This document shows, in pieces, positions 1 to 8,697 of a stretch of DNA of 64,000 nt. Below the pieces are notes generated by a model. It did not search any database. It worked only from the letters and a program-made list of their open reading frames with translations, and was not told the DNA's origin. The first letter of the stretch is position 1. Each line of letters begins with the position of its first letter. The DNA is from Candidatus Poriferihabitaceae bacterium (GTDB taxonomy: Bacteria > Pseudomonadota > Gammaproteobacteria > Arenicellales > Poriferihabitantaceae): contig OZ253546.1 of assembly GCA_965262585.1 (NCBI GenBank), positions 266,547-330,546 on the forward strand. Reading direction: 5' to 3'. The position numbers were made by a program, and so were the translations under genes.

Positions 1-265
1 GTCGGCTATCGCCGGCATGTTGTACTGGATTCCCGTGTCCCTAACTCATCATTCCCGCTGTCGCGTGAATGACGAGATTGTGGTTTTTTTCGTAGGGACC
101 CATTGCGACTTGTCCTCATCCGCAAACGAGGAATATCAAAAGTGCGTCATTCCCGAACGATAGAAAAATAAGGCGCGCCAGCGACTATATTTTTCATCGT
201 ATCGGGAATCCAGAAGGCCAAATAAGGAGTCGGCTGTCGCCGCACATGTTTTACTGGATTCCCTG
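1..265. repeat. REP/NIME-like intergenic repeat cluster
   Basis: Direct reading. Two ~35-bp direct copies (1-34 and 229-263, gtcggctRtcgccg..catgttNtactggattccc). ATTCCCGC-N4-GCGNGAAT palindromic unit at 51-70. Imperfect hairpin with 22-nt arms (149-170 / 188-209), which recurs inverted at 42273-42333. Related units at 1295-1314, 42206-42224 and 63459-63474. Confidence 0.6.
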
Positions 266-266
266 A

Positions 267-1290
267 ATTCACAAACGAAGCGCAACACTCTGCTACGGTA
301 TTACCATGGGAAATCACTACAAACAGATCACCCTTGAAGAGCGCTGTGAAATGGCCTACTTACTCACCAAGGGACACTCACTCCGACAAATCGCGGCAGC
401 TCTGGATCGCGCGCCATCTACGGTGTCGCGAGAACTGAATCGCAATGGCTCTGCAACCAAGGGCTACGAGAAAGACTATGCCGACCTGAAAGCCCGGGCG
501 CGGCGATGGCAAGGCTCTATGCTGGACCGCGATGAGGTGCTGCGCGAGGAAGTTTTGGATTTGCTCAAACACGACTGGTCGCCCCAACAGGTGTCCGCCG
601 GACTTGCCCGAAAGCACCAGCGGCCAGTCATTTCCTACGAAACCATCTACCGCTTCGTCTATGCCCAAATTGCTCGTAAAAAAGAATATCCATGGCGCCA
701 TTATCTGCCCCAAGCCCGATCAAAACGAAGCCGCCGCCGGCACAAATTGAACGGCAAAGCACCCGCTATATCCCAACGCCGGCCACTCTCTGAGCGGCCA
801 GACACCGCCACCGACCGACAAACCCCCGGTCATTGGGAAGCCGACCTGATGCTGTTTAGCGCCTACGGTCAAGCCTTGCTGGTTGTCCAAGAACGGCACT
901 CCCGCCTGCTGCTCGCGGCGCGCCCTGCCGGCAAATCCGCGGCGCCCATCGCCGAACTTATCGGCGACCTGCTGGCACCGCTGCCACCCACATGGCGGCA
1001 AACCATTACCTTCGATAACGGCACTGAATTCGCCCGCCATTACCACCTCCATGCCCTCGGTATTGAGACCTTTTTCTGCGACATCAGAGCGCCCTGGCAA
1101 AAGGGCGGTGTTGAAAATTCCATCGGTCGCTTGCGCCGGAACTTGCCCCGAAAAACCGACCTGAAAACCCTCTCAGATGAGCACTTTACACGCATCATAC
1201 AAGCGCATAATAATACCCCCCGAAAGTGCCTCGGCTATCAAACTCCCGCCGAGGTTTTTAGAAACCATGTGTTGCGCTTCAAATGTGAAT
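267..1290 (+). mobile_element. IS30-family insertion sequence (ends approximate)
   Basis: Terminal inverted repeats attcacaaacgaagcgcaacac (267-288) and gtgttgcgcttcaaatgtgaat (1269-1290) are 19/22 complementary and bracket the transposase ORF. The ORF stop (1316) lies 26 nt past the right IR, so the right end is uncertain. Confidence 0.7.
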
Positions 1291-1316
1291 GTGCATTCCC
1301 GCTTTCGCGAGAATGA
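306..1316 (+). CDS. IS30-family DDE transposase
   Basis: 336 aa. N-terminal HTH (LRQIAAALDRAPSTVSRELNRN). IS30-type catalytic motifs TPGHWEADLM, TFDNGTEF and APWQKGGVENSIG. Confidence 0.85.
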   Translation: MGNHYKQITLEERCEMAYLLTKGHSLRQIAAALDRAPSTVSRELNRNGSATKGYEKDYADLKARARRWQGSMLDRDEVLREEVLDLLKHDWSPQQVSAGLARKHQRPVISYETIYRFVYAQIARKKEYPWRHYLPQARSKRSRRRHKLNGKAPAISQRRPLSERPDTATDRQTPGHWEADLMLFSAYGQALLVVQERHSRLLLAARPAGKSAAPIAELIGDLLAPLPPTWRQTITFDNGTEFARHYHLHALGIETFFCDIRAPWQKGGVENSIGRLRRNLPRKTDLKTLSDEHFTRIIQAHNNTPRKCLGYQTPAEVFRNHVLRFKCECAFPLSRE

Positions 1317-1327
1317 CGGCCCTACGC

Positions 1328-2014
1328 TTAAAACCATATTTCGCCTTTGAGCAAGATGGTGTGTTCATCCGCATCATCGCCCTCGCGGCGTTCGCCCAGC
1401 AGGGTTACCTCATAGCGAGTGCCCGACTTGCACTTCATTCCGACTCGGTAACTGTCTTGGGAGCCGAGGGTCATCTCTCCATACGGTGTCAATACCGCTT
1501 CCAAACCCCGCAACGATACGCCGTAGCCAATCTTTGCGTCCAAATACGCCCGGTAATCGGACCTGGCATCACCGTCAGCCGCATCGGATACGCCATGATC
1601 CCATAACGCTTGTAGGTCGCTGCCGCTTTCCCCATAGCCGGGGCTTAGGCCGAACGAAAATCCTTGCCCGTCCGTCCCCGGCAGCAATTTAACTTGACCG
1701 CTAATTCCCCATTTCTCATATTCGCCTTCACTGCCCAACAAAGTGCGCACGCGACCTTCCACGGTTACCCGTTTCGCCGGATTGCTGTAATGCAAACCAA
1801 CCCCCACCTCCATTCCGCCGCCGGTCTGGCCATCGCCGCCGTCATAGCGAACGCCAACCTCGAACGATGGCGAAAACACTCCGCCGCCCGCCAATTCGTG
1901 CCTTTGTTTGGCTTCCATCGACAACCGAACCCGGGTGACATCCACTTCCAGTTCCGTGAAGTTGGCGTTGCCATCGACCTCCAACTCAGCGCGCACTACC
2001 TCGCTTTTTAACAA
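1328..2014 (-). pseudogene. Truncated autotransporter beta-barrel fragment (C-terminal ~228 codons only)
   Basis: Nucleotides 1321-2010 match 50986-51675, the 3' end of the giant gene, with about 16 mismatches counted by eye in 690 bp. The ORF-track start is a TTG exactly at the homology breakpoint. No signal peptide or passenger is present. Confidence 0.85.
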
Positions 2015-2026
2015 CCCGGCGAGAGG

Positions 2027-2926
2027 TCAGGCGGTGGACAACACATCCGCCAGCACAGTGAGCAAACGTAGCGCCGTTCGCATCCCTGCACCGCCGACGT
2101 CCCGCTGTGGCGCACATTCCACCAGATTAGCACCCAGTAGGCGATGATTGGTAGCCAGCGAGATGATAATTTCCGTTACTTCATCCACTCCCGGCCCGCC
2201 GGGGGACGGCGATGGTACTGCAGGCATTTCCACTGGATTAATGCCGTCCATATCAAGCGTCAAATAAACATTTTCATCCGTGATATGCCTCAGCATGTCA
2301 TCAACACCCATTTTTTTCATCATCCGAGAAGTAATCAGCGTGCCGTAGTGGGAAGCGGCAGCAGCGTCGGCGGGCAACGCCGTACCCGAGCCCCGCAAAC
2401 CGATTTGTGTGATACCGTTAATACAAGGCATTTCCGCCGCACGTCGCATGACGCTTGAACGCCCCCACTTTTCATTGTGCCAGCGATCTTTCCAGTCGAG
2501 GTGGGCGTCTATTTGCACCACATGCACGCCACCGTCCAGCGCATCCAAGCCTTGCAAAGGCGGGATGGCAACCGAGTCATCGCCACCCACTATCAGCGGC
2601 CGCCCGCCGACGCTAACAATCTCCGCCACGCGCTGGGCCAAGTTATTCCGGTCCACCGTAGCATCGCCCAACAACGGAAACAGACCCAGGTCAATTGGCT
2701 GGTCGGCAAAAAGCTGGCGTTGCAAATCCACATCCCAACGACCGGGTTTAACCTCGGCACTGGCAAGCCGCAACGCTTCTGGCGCATCGGCACACAGGGT
2801 TGAAGCCTTTCCTGTCGGCGTCATGAACGGCACTGCAAGCAACGCCGCACGCGCGGTCTCCGGATTTTTGACAACGGGCAAGTTGAAGAAACCGCCCGCC
2901 GGCACCTGTTGTTTCATATTTGGCAT
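2027..2926 (-). CDS. Arginase-superfamily ureohydrolase (agmatinase/guanidino-acid hydrolase-like)
   Basis: Family motifs LIVGGDDSV (variant of GGDHS), VQIDAHLDW (DAHxD) and TLDMDGINP (DxD). Start taken at ATG 2926 (MPNMKQQ), 1 nt after the upstream stop; the ORF-track start 2959 overlaps the upstream gene. Confidence 0.75.
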   Translation of the reverse strand: MPNMKQQVPAGGFFNLPVVKNPETARAALLAVPFMTPTGKASTLCADAPEALRLASAEVKPGRWDVDLQRQLFADQPIDLGLFPLLGDATVDRNNLAQRVAEIVSVGGRPLIVGGDDSVAIPPLQGLDALDGGVHVVQIDAHLDWKDRWHNEKWGRSSVMRRAAEMPCINGITQIGLRGSGTALPADAAAASHYGTLITSRMMKKMGVDDMLRHITDENVYLTLDMDGINPVEMPAVPSPSPGGPGVDEVTEIIISLATNHRLLGANLVECAPQRDVGGAGMRTALRLLTVLADVLSTA

Positions 2927-2927
2927 G

Positions 2928-4271
2928 TCATGGGTGAAGGGAAGCCCGAGCAAAATCAAGCAGATTAACTTCCGCCGGTCCGGCGATGGATTCCGGCTTG
3001 CCCGCGTAACGAAGACACTCGTTTGCCTTGGCGATTAAGTCACTATCGGTCATCGGCTTGTCGGGCATACCATAACACTGACCACAAAAGCCGCTGACTT
3101 TGCGTCCGTCGGCGAGTACTAAGGTAACGCGTGCACTCTCAGGGAAGCGCTGCCGGTTTTCTTCCGAAGACAACTCCTCGTCGGTTTTGACGACAACCTC
3201 GTCCATCAGTGAACACAGGTGGGAATCATTAATGGCCTCAACGGACAAATCACCCAGCCGCACCCGGCCGTGCAAAACAGCGCAGGCGACGGCATAAGGC
3301 AAGCAAAACTGGCCCTGCTGGGGCGATGCGGGACGTGCGTAAGGCAGGCTGATAGCGACCAACTCCGGCACTTCAATCTCGATGTGACAAATGGCACCTT
3401 CATCGATGGCATGCTGCCGCATCAACAAGGAAGTTTGTTCGATTGCCGCCCCGGCGGCGGAACACACGGGCGACGTTTTAATGAATAGTCCCGGGTCAGT
3501 CAGTCGCCAGCGCGATCCAAGACTGTCCATCTGCGATAGTTCCACCGCACCGCCATTGAGCATGGAAAAAAATCCGGCCGCATGTTCAAAAGCGTTGCCT
3601 GCTGCAGTCAGGCCTGCCTCAGCGGCACGGGAAAAATCCACGGCGCGGGCGGCCGTATCGCCGGCCATAAAAGCTTTACCATCGAACCCGAACAAGCACT
3701 TTCCTCCACCGGCTGCGGCGGCAGCAAAACTGATGGCACTCGCGCTTTGTTCCGCATTCAACCCGCGCAATCTGCATGCGGCAGCCGTCGCACCGGCCAG
3801 ACCCAGGGTGGCTGTACTCCACCACCCGCGAAAATAATGGCGATGCGTACACATATCCGCCAGTGTATAAGCGATTTCTGAACCCGCCACAAATGCCTGC
3901 AACAGCGCCTCTTCATCCGCTCCGTTTTCTTCGGCAACCGCCAACGCCGCCGCAAAAACCACTGCCGATCCGTGCATAATTCCAGTGTAACTGGTGTCGT
4001 CAAAATCCCATACGTGCGCCGCCGTGCCATTAATCAGCGCCGCCTCGTGGGCCCCACCATTATCACCAAAACCAGCGATAGTGCATGGGCCTCCCCGCGC
4101 AAAGGCCCGCCCCAAAGCGACGACACGAGGATGCATACCACCGGCTGCCATAACGGCAGTGGTGTCAAATATCGCCCGTCGTGCCGCCCGCCGCACCGCC
4201 TCGGGAATCTCCGATAACGTCGTCGCCCAACCGGCAAAAACGTGCGCCGGAGAGCGTCCAGCCTCGGTCAT
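2928..4271 (-). CDS. MmgE/PrpD-family protein (2-methylcitrate dehydratase superfamily, substrate unknown)
   Basis: 447 aa, which is the family length. Contains AIFDTTAVMAAG and AAHVWDFDDTSY segments typical of MmgE/PrpD. ATGA overlap with the upstream ABC ATPase gene. Confidence 0.7.
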   Translation of the reverse strand: MTEAGRSPAHVFAGWATTLSEIPEAVRRAARRAIFDTTAVMAAGGMHPRVVALGRAFARGGPCTIAGFGDNGGAHEAALINGTAAHVWDFDDTSYTGIMHGSAVVFAAALAVAEENGADEEALLQAFVAGSEIAYTLADMCTHRHYFRGWWSTATLGLAGATAAACRLRGLNAEQSASAISFAAAAAGGGKCLFGFDGKAFMAGDTAARAVDFSRAAEAGLTAAGNAFEHAAGFFSMLNGGAVELSQMDSLGSRWRLTDPGLFIKTSPVCSAAGAAIEQTSLLMRQHAIDEGAICHIEIEVPELVAISLPYARPASPQQGQFCLPYAVACAVLHGRVRLGDLSVEAINDSHLCSLMDEVVVKTDEELSSEENRQRFPESARVTLVLADGRKVSGFCGQCYGMPDKPMTDSDLIAKANECLRYAGKPESIAGPAEVNLLDFARASLHP

Positions 4272-5020
4272 AAAATCTGACTCAAAAATTCACGGGTGCG
4301 CGGGTCTTTCGCACTGGTAAAAAATGTGGCAGGCGGCCCCTGCTCTACAATCAGGCCGTGGTCGGTGAAATAAATTCTGTCGGCAACCTCGCGTGCAAAT
4401 CCCATTTCATGGGTGACCAGGCAACAAGTCATACCTTCGGCGGCTAACTCCTTGATGGTCACCAATACTTCTTTAACCGTCTCCGGGTCCAACGCCGCGG
4501 TGACTTCGTCAAACAACATAATATCCGGCTCCATCGCCAGCGAACGCGCGATTGCCACGCGCTGTTGCTGTCCGCCCGACAGTTCGCCCGGATAACTGTC
4601 TTCTTTGCCCTCCAGCCGCACTTTTTGAATCAACGCGCGCGCCTGTCCCTCGACTTGCGCCTTGTCTTTTTTGAGCACCAGCATCGGCGCCATCATTACA
4701 TTTTCCAGCGCCGTTTTGTGCGGGAAAAGATTATATTGTTGAAACACCATGCCCACTTTTCTACGCAAGGCCAGTTTGTCCAGATTCGGCGAATGGACCT
4801 CGATGCCTTCCACCGTAATTGAACCTGACTGAATATCGCTGAGCGCATTGATGCAACGAATGAGAGTCGATTTACCAGAACCGGATGGGCCGATGATGCA
4901 CACCACCTCGCCCTTGTACACGTCCAGTGATACGCCTTTGAGTACCTCCAGGTTTCCAAAAGATTTGTGCACGTCCTGCAACGATAAAATTGGCATATCA
5001 ACAGTCCAGTTTTCGCTCAT
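4268..5020 (-). CDS. Polar amino-acid ABC transporter ATP-binding protein
   Basis: Walker A GPSGSGKST, signature LSGGQQQRVAIARSL, Walker B IMLFDEVTAALD. 250 aa, GlnQ/HisP-like. Confidence 0.9.
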   Translation of the reverse strand: MSENWTVDMPILSLQDVHKSFGNLEVLKGVSLDVYKGEVVCIIGPSGSGKSTLIRCINALSDIQSGSITVEGIEVHSPNLDKLALRRKVGMVFQQYNLFPHKTALENVMMAPMLVLKKDKAQVEGQARALIQKVRLEGKEDSYPGELSGGQQQRVAIARSLAMEPDIMLFDEVTAALDPETVKEVLVTIKELAAEGMTCCLVTHEMGFAREVADRIYFTDHGLIVEQGPPATFFTSAKDPRTREFLSQIL

Positions 5021-5030
5021 TGCTTACCCC

Positions 5031-5897
5031 TCATTCGTTGACGGCGTATTTTTTCTCCAAGCGCCTCGTCCATTCGGCGATCGGATAACTGTAGATGAAA
5101 AACCACGTCATCAGCCACAAATACATCGGGATTAAAAATTCGCTGCGACCTTCGGCGGCCAGCGCTCCCTGAGTCAACATCATGCCATCATTGACGCCCA
5201 GAATGGAGATGAGCGGCGTGGACATGGTAAGAATGGCGTACCAATTCATCCACGGGGGAATCATGCGCCTGATGCATTGCGGCAGAATGATCTCCCACAT
5301 CGTCTGGCGGCGTGAAAAGGCCAACGACTCGGCCGATTCCCACTGGCCCGTGGGAATCGACACGATCGCACCGCGCACGATCTCGGAAACATTGGCCATG
5401 ATCGGTAGGGACAAGGCAAAAGCCGCTTTGCTCCAACCCGGAATATCGTATTCTTCGCCGAACAACGTGGCGCGGAAAGGTAGCAGCAACATGAAATAAA
5501 ACAATAGCACCAGCCACGGCGAGTTACGAAATAACTGGGTGATACTCCAACAGACGCGACGCAACGCTGCCAGCCGGGAAACTTGCCCGATGCCCAACCA
5601 CAGCCCCAAAAAAGTTCCCATCGCCATGGACAGAAAACTGACGGCAATATTGAGTATAAATCCGCCGAACTCGCCGGGCGGGCCAAAAAACATCAGCGGC
5701 GTCCACTTGATTAACGTTTGCAAAGTGGTCTGTTCGGGGTTGCCCTGGAACTGTGCCCACGCTTCGTCCGCCGCGACCCATACAACCAGCATCACAACAA
5801 CAACCAGCCCCCCAACGCAAAGCCGCGAACCCACCGGCTGGCACTGCGGGACGGGGGCAGGCGTGGCGAGAACCGGCAGAACGGTGCGAGTATTCAT
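5031..5897 (-). CDS. Amino-acid ABC transporter permease (His/Glu/Gln/Arg/opine family)
   Basis: Multi-TM protein with EAA-type loop SAESLAFSRRQTMWEIILPQ. Start set at ATG 5897 (MNTRT), which forms an ATGA overlap with the upstream permease stop. The longer ORF-track form is probably an over-extension. Confidence 0.8.
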   Translation of the reverse strand: MNTRTVLPVLATPAPVPQCQPVGSRLCVGGLVVVVMLVVWVAADEAWAQFQGNPEQTTLQTLIKWTPLMFFGPPGEFGGFILNIAVSFLSMAMGTFLGLWLGIGQVSRLAALRRVCWSITQLFRNSPWLVLLFYFMLLLPFRATLFGEEYDIPGWSKAAFALSLPIMANVSEIVRGAIVSIPTGQWESAESLAFSRRQTMWEIILPQCIRRMIPPWMNWYAILTMSTPLISILGVNDGMMLTQGALAAEGRSEFLIPMYLWLMTWFFIYSYPIAEWTRRLEKKYAVNE

Positions 5898-6637
5898 GCG
5901 CCTGTCCCGAAGCCGGGGATGCGGGTGGTTTTTTCCCATCGGTGCATGAACCACACCAGTGCCCCAACAATCAGAAGATACACTGCCCACACCACGTTCA
6001 TCATTTCAAATACATTGTATTCGTCCGACCAAATTTGATTGGCTACGTACAATGTTTCCGGCACCGCAATGGCATACGCGACTGTGGTGGTTTTGACCAG
6101 GTTGATAAGATTGTTGTTGAGGGCTGGCAGACACACGCGGTAGGCAAGTGGCAACGTAACATAGCGGTAGATCTGCGCCCGTGTATAGCCCAGCGCCTCC
6201 GCTCCTTCAATGGTAGACTTGTGCACCGACTCCACGCCGGCGCGAAAAATTTCAATGTTGAAGGCACCGGCAAAAAACGACAACGATACCACCGCCCAGC
6301 CGTAGCTGGACAGCAATCCGCCACGTTCGCCGACCGCAACCGACAAAAAAGAATCGACGGCGAAATAAAAAAAGTACAGTTGAATAAGCGGCGGCGTATT
6401 ACGAAAGAACTGTACGTAGCCTCGCGTCACTCGACGCACCACGGACAACGGTGAAGCCTGCAACCACGCACCGACAACGCCGATAACAATTGACAGCACT
6501 ACGCACACCACGGACAGGTGGATAGTGGTCCAAATGCCGCTGACAAAACGCCCGCGATCCCACGAATCGTAGAAAACGGTTAGTTTGATGCCGTGCGCTT
6601 GGTACAGCCACTCAAACCATTGCCAGAACGCTTCCAT
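5894..6637 (-). CDS. Amino-acid ABC transporter permease (His/Glu/Gln/Arg/opine family)
   Basis: 247 aa. Loop GAEALGYTRAQIYRYVTLPLA and hydrophobic segments typical of family-3 ABC permeases. Confidence 0.85.
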   Translation of the reverse strand: MEAFWQWFEWLYQAHGIKLTVFYDSWDRGRFVSGIWTTIHLSVVCVVLSIVIGVVGAWLQASPLSVVRRVTRGYVQFFRNTPPLIQLYFFYFAVDSFLSVAVGERGGLLSSYGWAVVSLSFFAGAFNIEIFRAGVESVHKSTIEGAEALGYTRAQIYRYVTLPLAYRVCLPALNNNLINLVKTTTVAYAIAVPETLYVANQIWSDEYNVFEMMNVVWAVYLLIVGALVWFMHRWEKTTRIPGFGTGA

Positions 6638-6741
6638 CGCAATCGTTACTCCCTGCGCGGGCGTTTATCTTGTCTCAACAAACAACGCACACAAGCGGCG
6701 ATCAACGCCGCCCATGTGCGAATAGGTCGCCCGCCCTCCGG

Positions 6742-7617
6742 TTATTCACCGGGATCGTGTTTGGTGTCGCAGATTTTATCTCCCGCCAAACAGTTCTTGC
6801 GCATATCTTCGGGCCATTGCGTTTTGGGAATTCCCCATTTTTTCTCCAGAGCGATGATGGTGCCATCCTTGTGCCAGTCAATAATCGCCTCGGAGAGCAT
6901 CTGCCCGATGGGTTTGTGCAAGTCTTCCCGCCGAACCGCGGCACCCCAGGGCACGTCATCCACCACCGGCGTGGAGATGGAGTAATCTCTCCATTTGTCG
7001 GGGTTGTTGACCTTGCGTGGAACAAAAGCGGAATCATCGTACAGCCAACCGCCACAGCGCCCGTCTAGCAAAGCCGCCTCGACTTCCGGAACGCCTTTGA
7101 AAGCTACCATCTCGGCACCCCGCTTGATACCGTGCTCCTTGTTATACCAAGCACCCTGAATACCGCAGATTTTCTTGCCTTTGATAGAGTCCCAGCCGTC
7201 GATGCCGGAATCCTTGTAAGCAAAAATGGCAACGCCCGAAGAGTAATAATTCGGCTGCACAATTCCCACCACCTTACGGCGGTCGGGCTTGTCCGACATG
7301 GTGGCAATCATCAAGTCAATTTTACCCTGCTGCAAAAACTGCATACGGTTTGATGAAACGGTGACCACCAGTTCTACATCGATGGTCTTACCGGCTTTGT
7401 CGCCGATGCGCTTGGCTAAATCGCGCACCATGTCAATTTCCATGCCCACCACGCCGCCGGAAGCGTCCCGCATGCCCCATGGAGCGTAGTCGGCTTTGAC
7501 GCCGACAACAATTTTGCCTTTGGCAATGATGTCATCGAGGGTACCGGCCATGGCTGCCGGTGATAATGTGGCCGCCAGACAACCGGCGGCAATCAGAGTT
7601 GTCAGTTTTTTATACAT
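6742..7617 (-). CDS. Periplasmic substrate-binding protein (family 3, polar amino acid/opine type)
   Basis: Signal peptide MYKKLTTLIAAGCLAATLSPAAMAG from ATG 7617. Contains GKIVVGVKADYAPWG and IDLMIATMS segments typical of the family. Confidence 0.8.
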   Translation of the reverse strand: MYKKLTTLIAAGCLAATLSPAAMAGTLDDIIAKGKIVVGVKADYAPWGMRDASGGVVGMEIDMVRDLAKRIGDKAGKTIDVELVVTVSSNRMQFLQQGKIDLMIATMSDKPDRRKVVGIVQPNYYSSGVAIFAYKDSGIDGWDSIKGKKICGIQGAWYNKEHGIKRGAEMVAFKGVPEVEAALLDGRCGGWLYDDSAFVPRKVNNPDKWRDYSISTPVVDDVPWGAAVRREDLHKPIGQMLSEAIIDWHKDGTIIALEKKWGIPKTQWPEDMRKNCLAGDKICDTKHDPGE

Positions 7618-8614
7618 GATGTTTATCCTCGCTATGTTGGTCATGATTTTGTGAATGGTTGGGTGAGTGATTGAGTGAAAGCGACCGGTCGGTCCAGTAC
7701 TCACCGGTTTGGAAACTGTTTTTTTCCACCGCATCAATATGGTGGCGCACCGCCGCCGGGCTACGGCAGACTACCATCGCTATCAACGCTTCCAAAAAAA
7801 CAAGAGCAGGAACGTAGGATGGAAAAAACTGCGTGCTGTCGGTCGGCAAACAGATAACGTGGCGCGAAAACTCAGCCAGCGGCGAACCGCTGTCATCGGT
7901 AATGGATACGAGATCTGCTCCCGAGTCCTTAATTATGCGGGCGATATGCACGGAGTCGCGCGCATAAGGCGCATACCCGAGCAACAGCACTGTGTCATCG
8001 GTGGAGAGTTTGGTTAACACGCCGATAGCGTTGGTGCCAACCGTATGCCAGTTGTCAAAGGCAATGTCGGCCATATATTTCATGTGCGCCATAAGATGTG
8101 CGGAACCAAGACCGCCCGCCAGAAACACCCGCCGCGCACCGGCCAGACGGTCGGCAACGGCATCCAAAATATCCGGGGCAATTTCATTCAACATCACTTG
8201 AATGTTGTCGATGGATTCGATGCCGTAACGAATCACAAAGGACCCAGATTTGCCCGAAATGTTTTTATCCCGCAAAGCGGTCGCCTTTCGAGCAAAGGTA
8301 AGCTTGCGCGCACGCACGCCACTACGGCAAGCCTCTCGAAGCGCCTCATAATCGGCATAGCCGATGACTCGCGCCAGCCGTGAAAAATGTGAAGGTGCAA
8401 TGTCGTGCCATTGCGCCACGCGACGCAACGAATAATTTGCCACATCATCGGATTTATCACGTATCACCTCCGCCGCACGCCGTTGTTGCGGGCTCAGGCG
8501 GGAATGCAACTCGGCCAGCCTCGCATGCAAAAAGCCATGAACATCGGCATCGGTTCCCCGCCCATGCACGGGCGGCTCATCTCCTGTTGGTCGGGTTTGG
8601 TGTAAATGCGCCAT
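7610..8614 (-). CDS. MurR/RpiR-family transcriptional regulator (HTH + SIS domain)
   Basis: HTH_6-like LSPQQRRAAEVIRD...SLRRVAQWHDIAPSHFSRLARVIGYADYEAL, then a SIS-like RVFLAGGLGSAHLMAHM. First gene of the overlapped operon. Confidence 0.8.
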   Translation of the reverse strand: MAHLHQTRPTGDEPPVHGRGTDADVHGFLHARLAELHSRLSPQQRRAAEVIRDKSDDVANYSLRRVAQWHDIAPSHFSRLARVIGYADYEALREACRSGVRARKLTFARKATALRDKNISGKSGSFVIRYGIESIDNIQVMLNEIAPDILDAVADRLAGARRVFLAGGLGSAHLMAHMKYMADIAFDNWHTVGTNAIGVLTKLSTDDTVLLLGYAPYARDSVHIARIIKDSGADLVSITDDSGSPLAEFSRHVICLPTDSTQFFPSYVPALVFLEALIAMVVCRSPAAVRHHIDAVEKNSFQTGEYWTDRSLSLNHSPNHSQNHDQHSEDKHHV

Positions 8615-8697
8615 TTTTTATACTAATTCACCTCAAATGTTGCAAAGTGGCTAAAATCTACCATATACTCTTAAGTTATTCAACATCCAAGGCCCGT
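8615..8697. promoter_or_regulatory. AT-rich divergent promoter region between the rpiR-like operon and the DMGDH-like gene
   Basis: 83-bp AT-rich spacer between divergent start codons. No operator could be defined by eye. Confidence 0.35.

Noticed and set aside
8380-8697. N-terminal 106-codon extension of the DMGDH-like ORF
   Set aside because: The extension overlaps the rpiR-like gene and the divergent promoter. The Rossmann-fold start MQKARIIVIGGG at 8698 is the expected family N-terminus.
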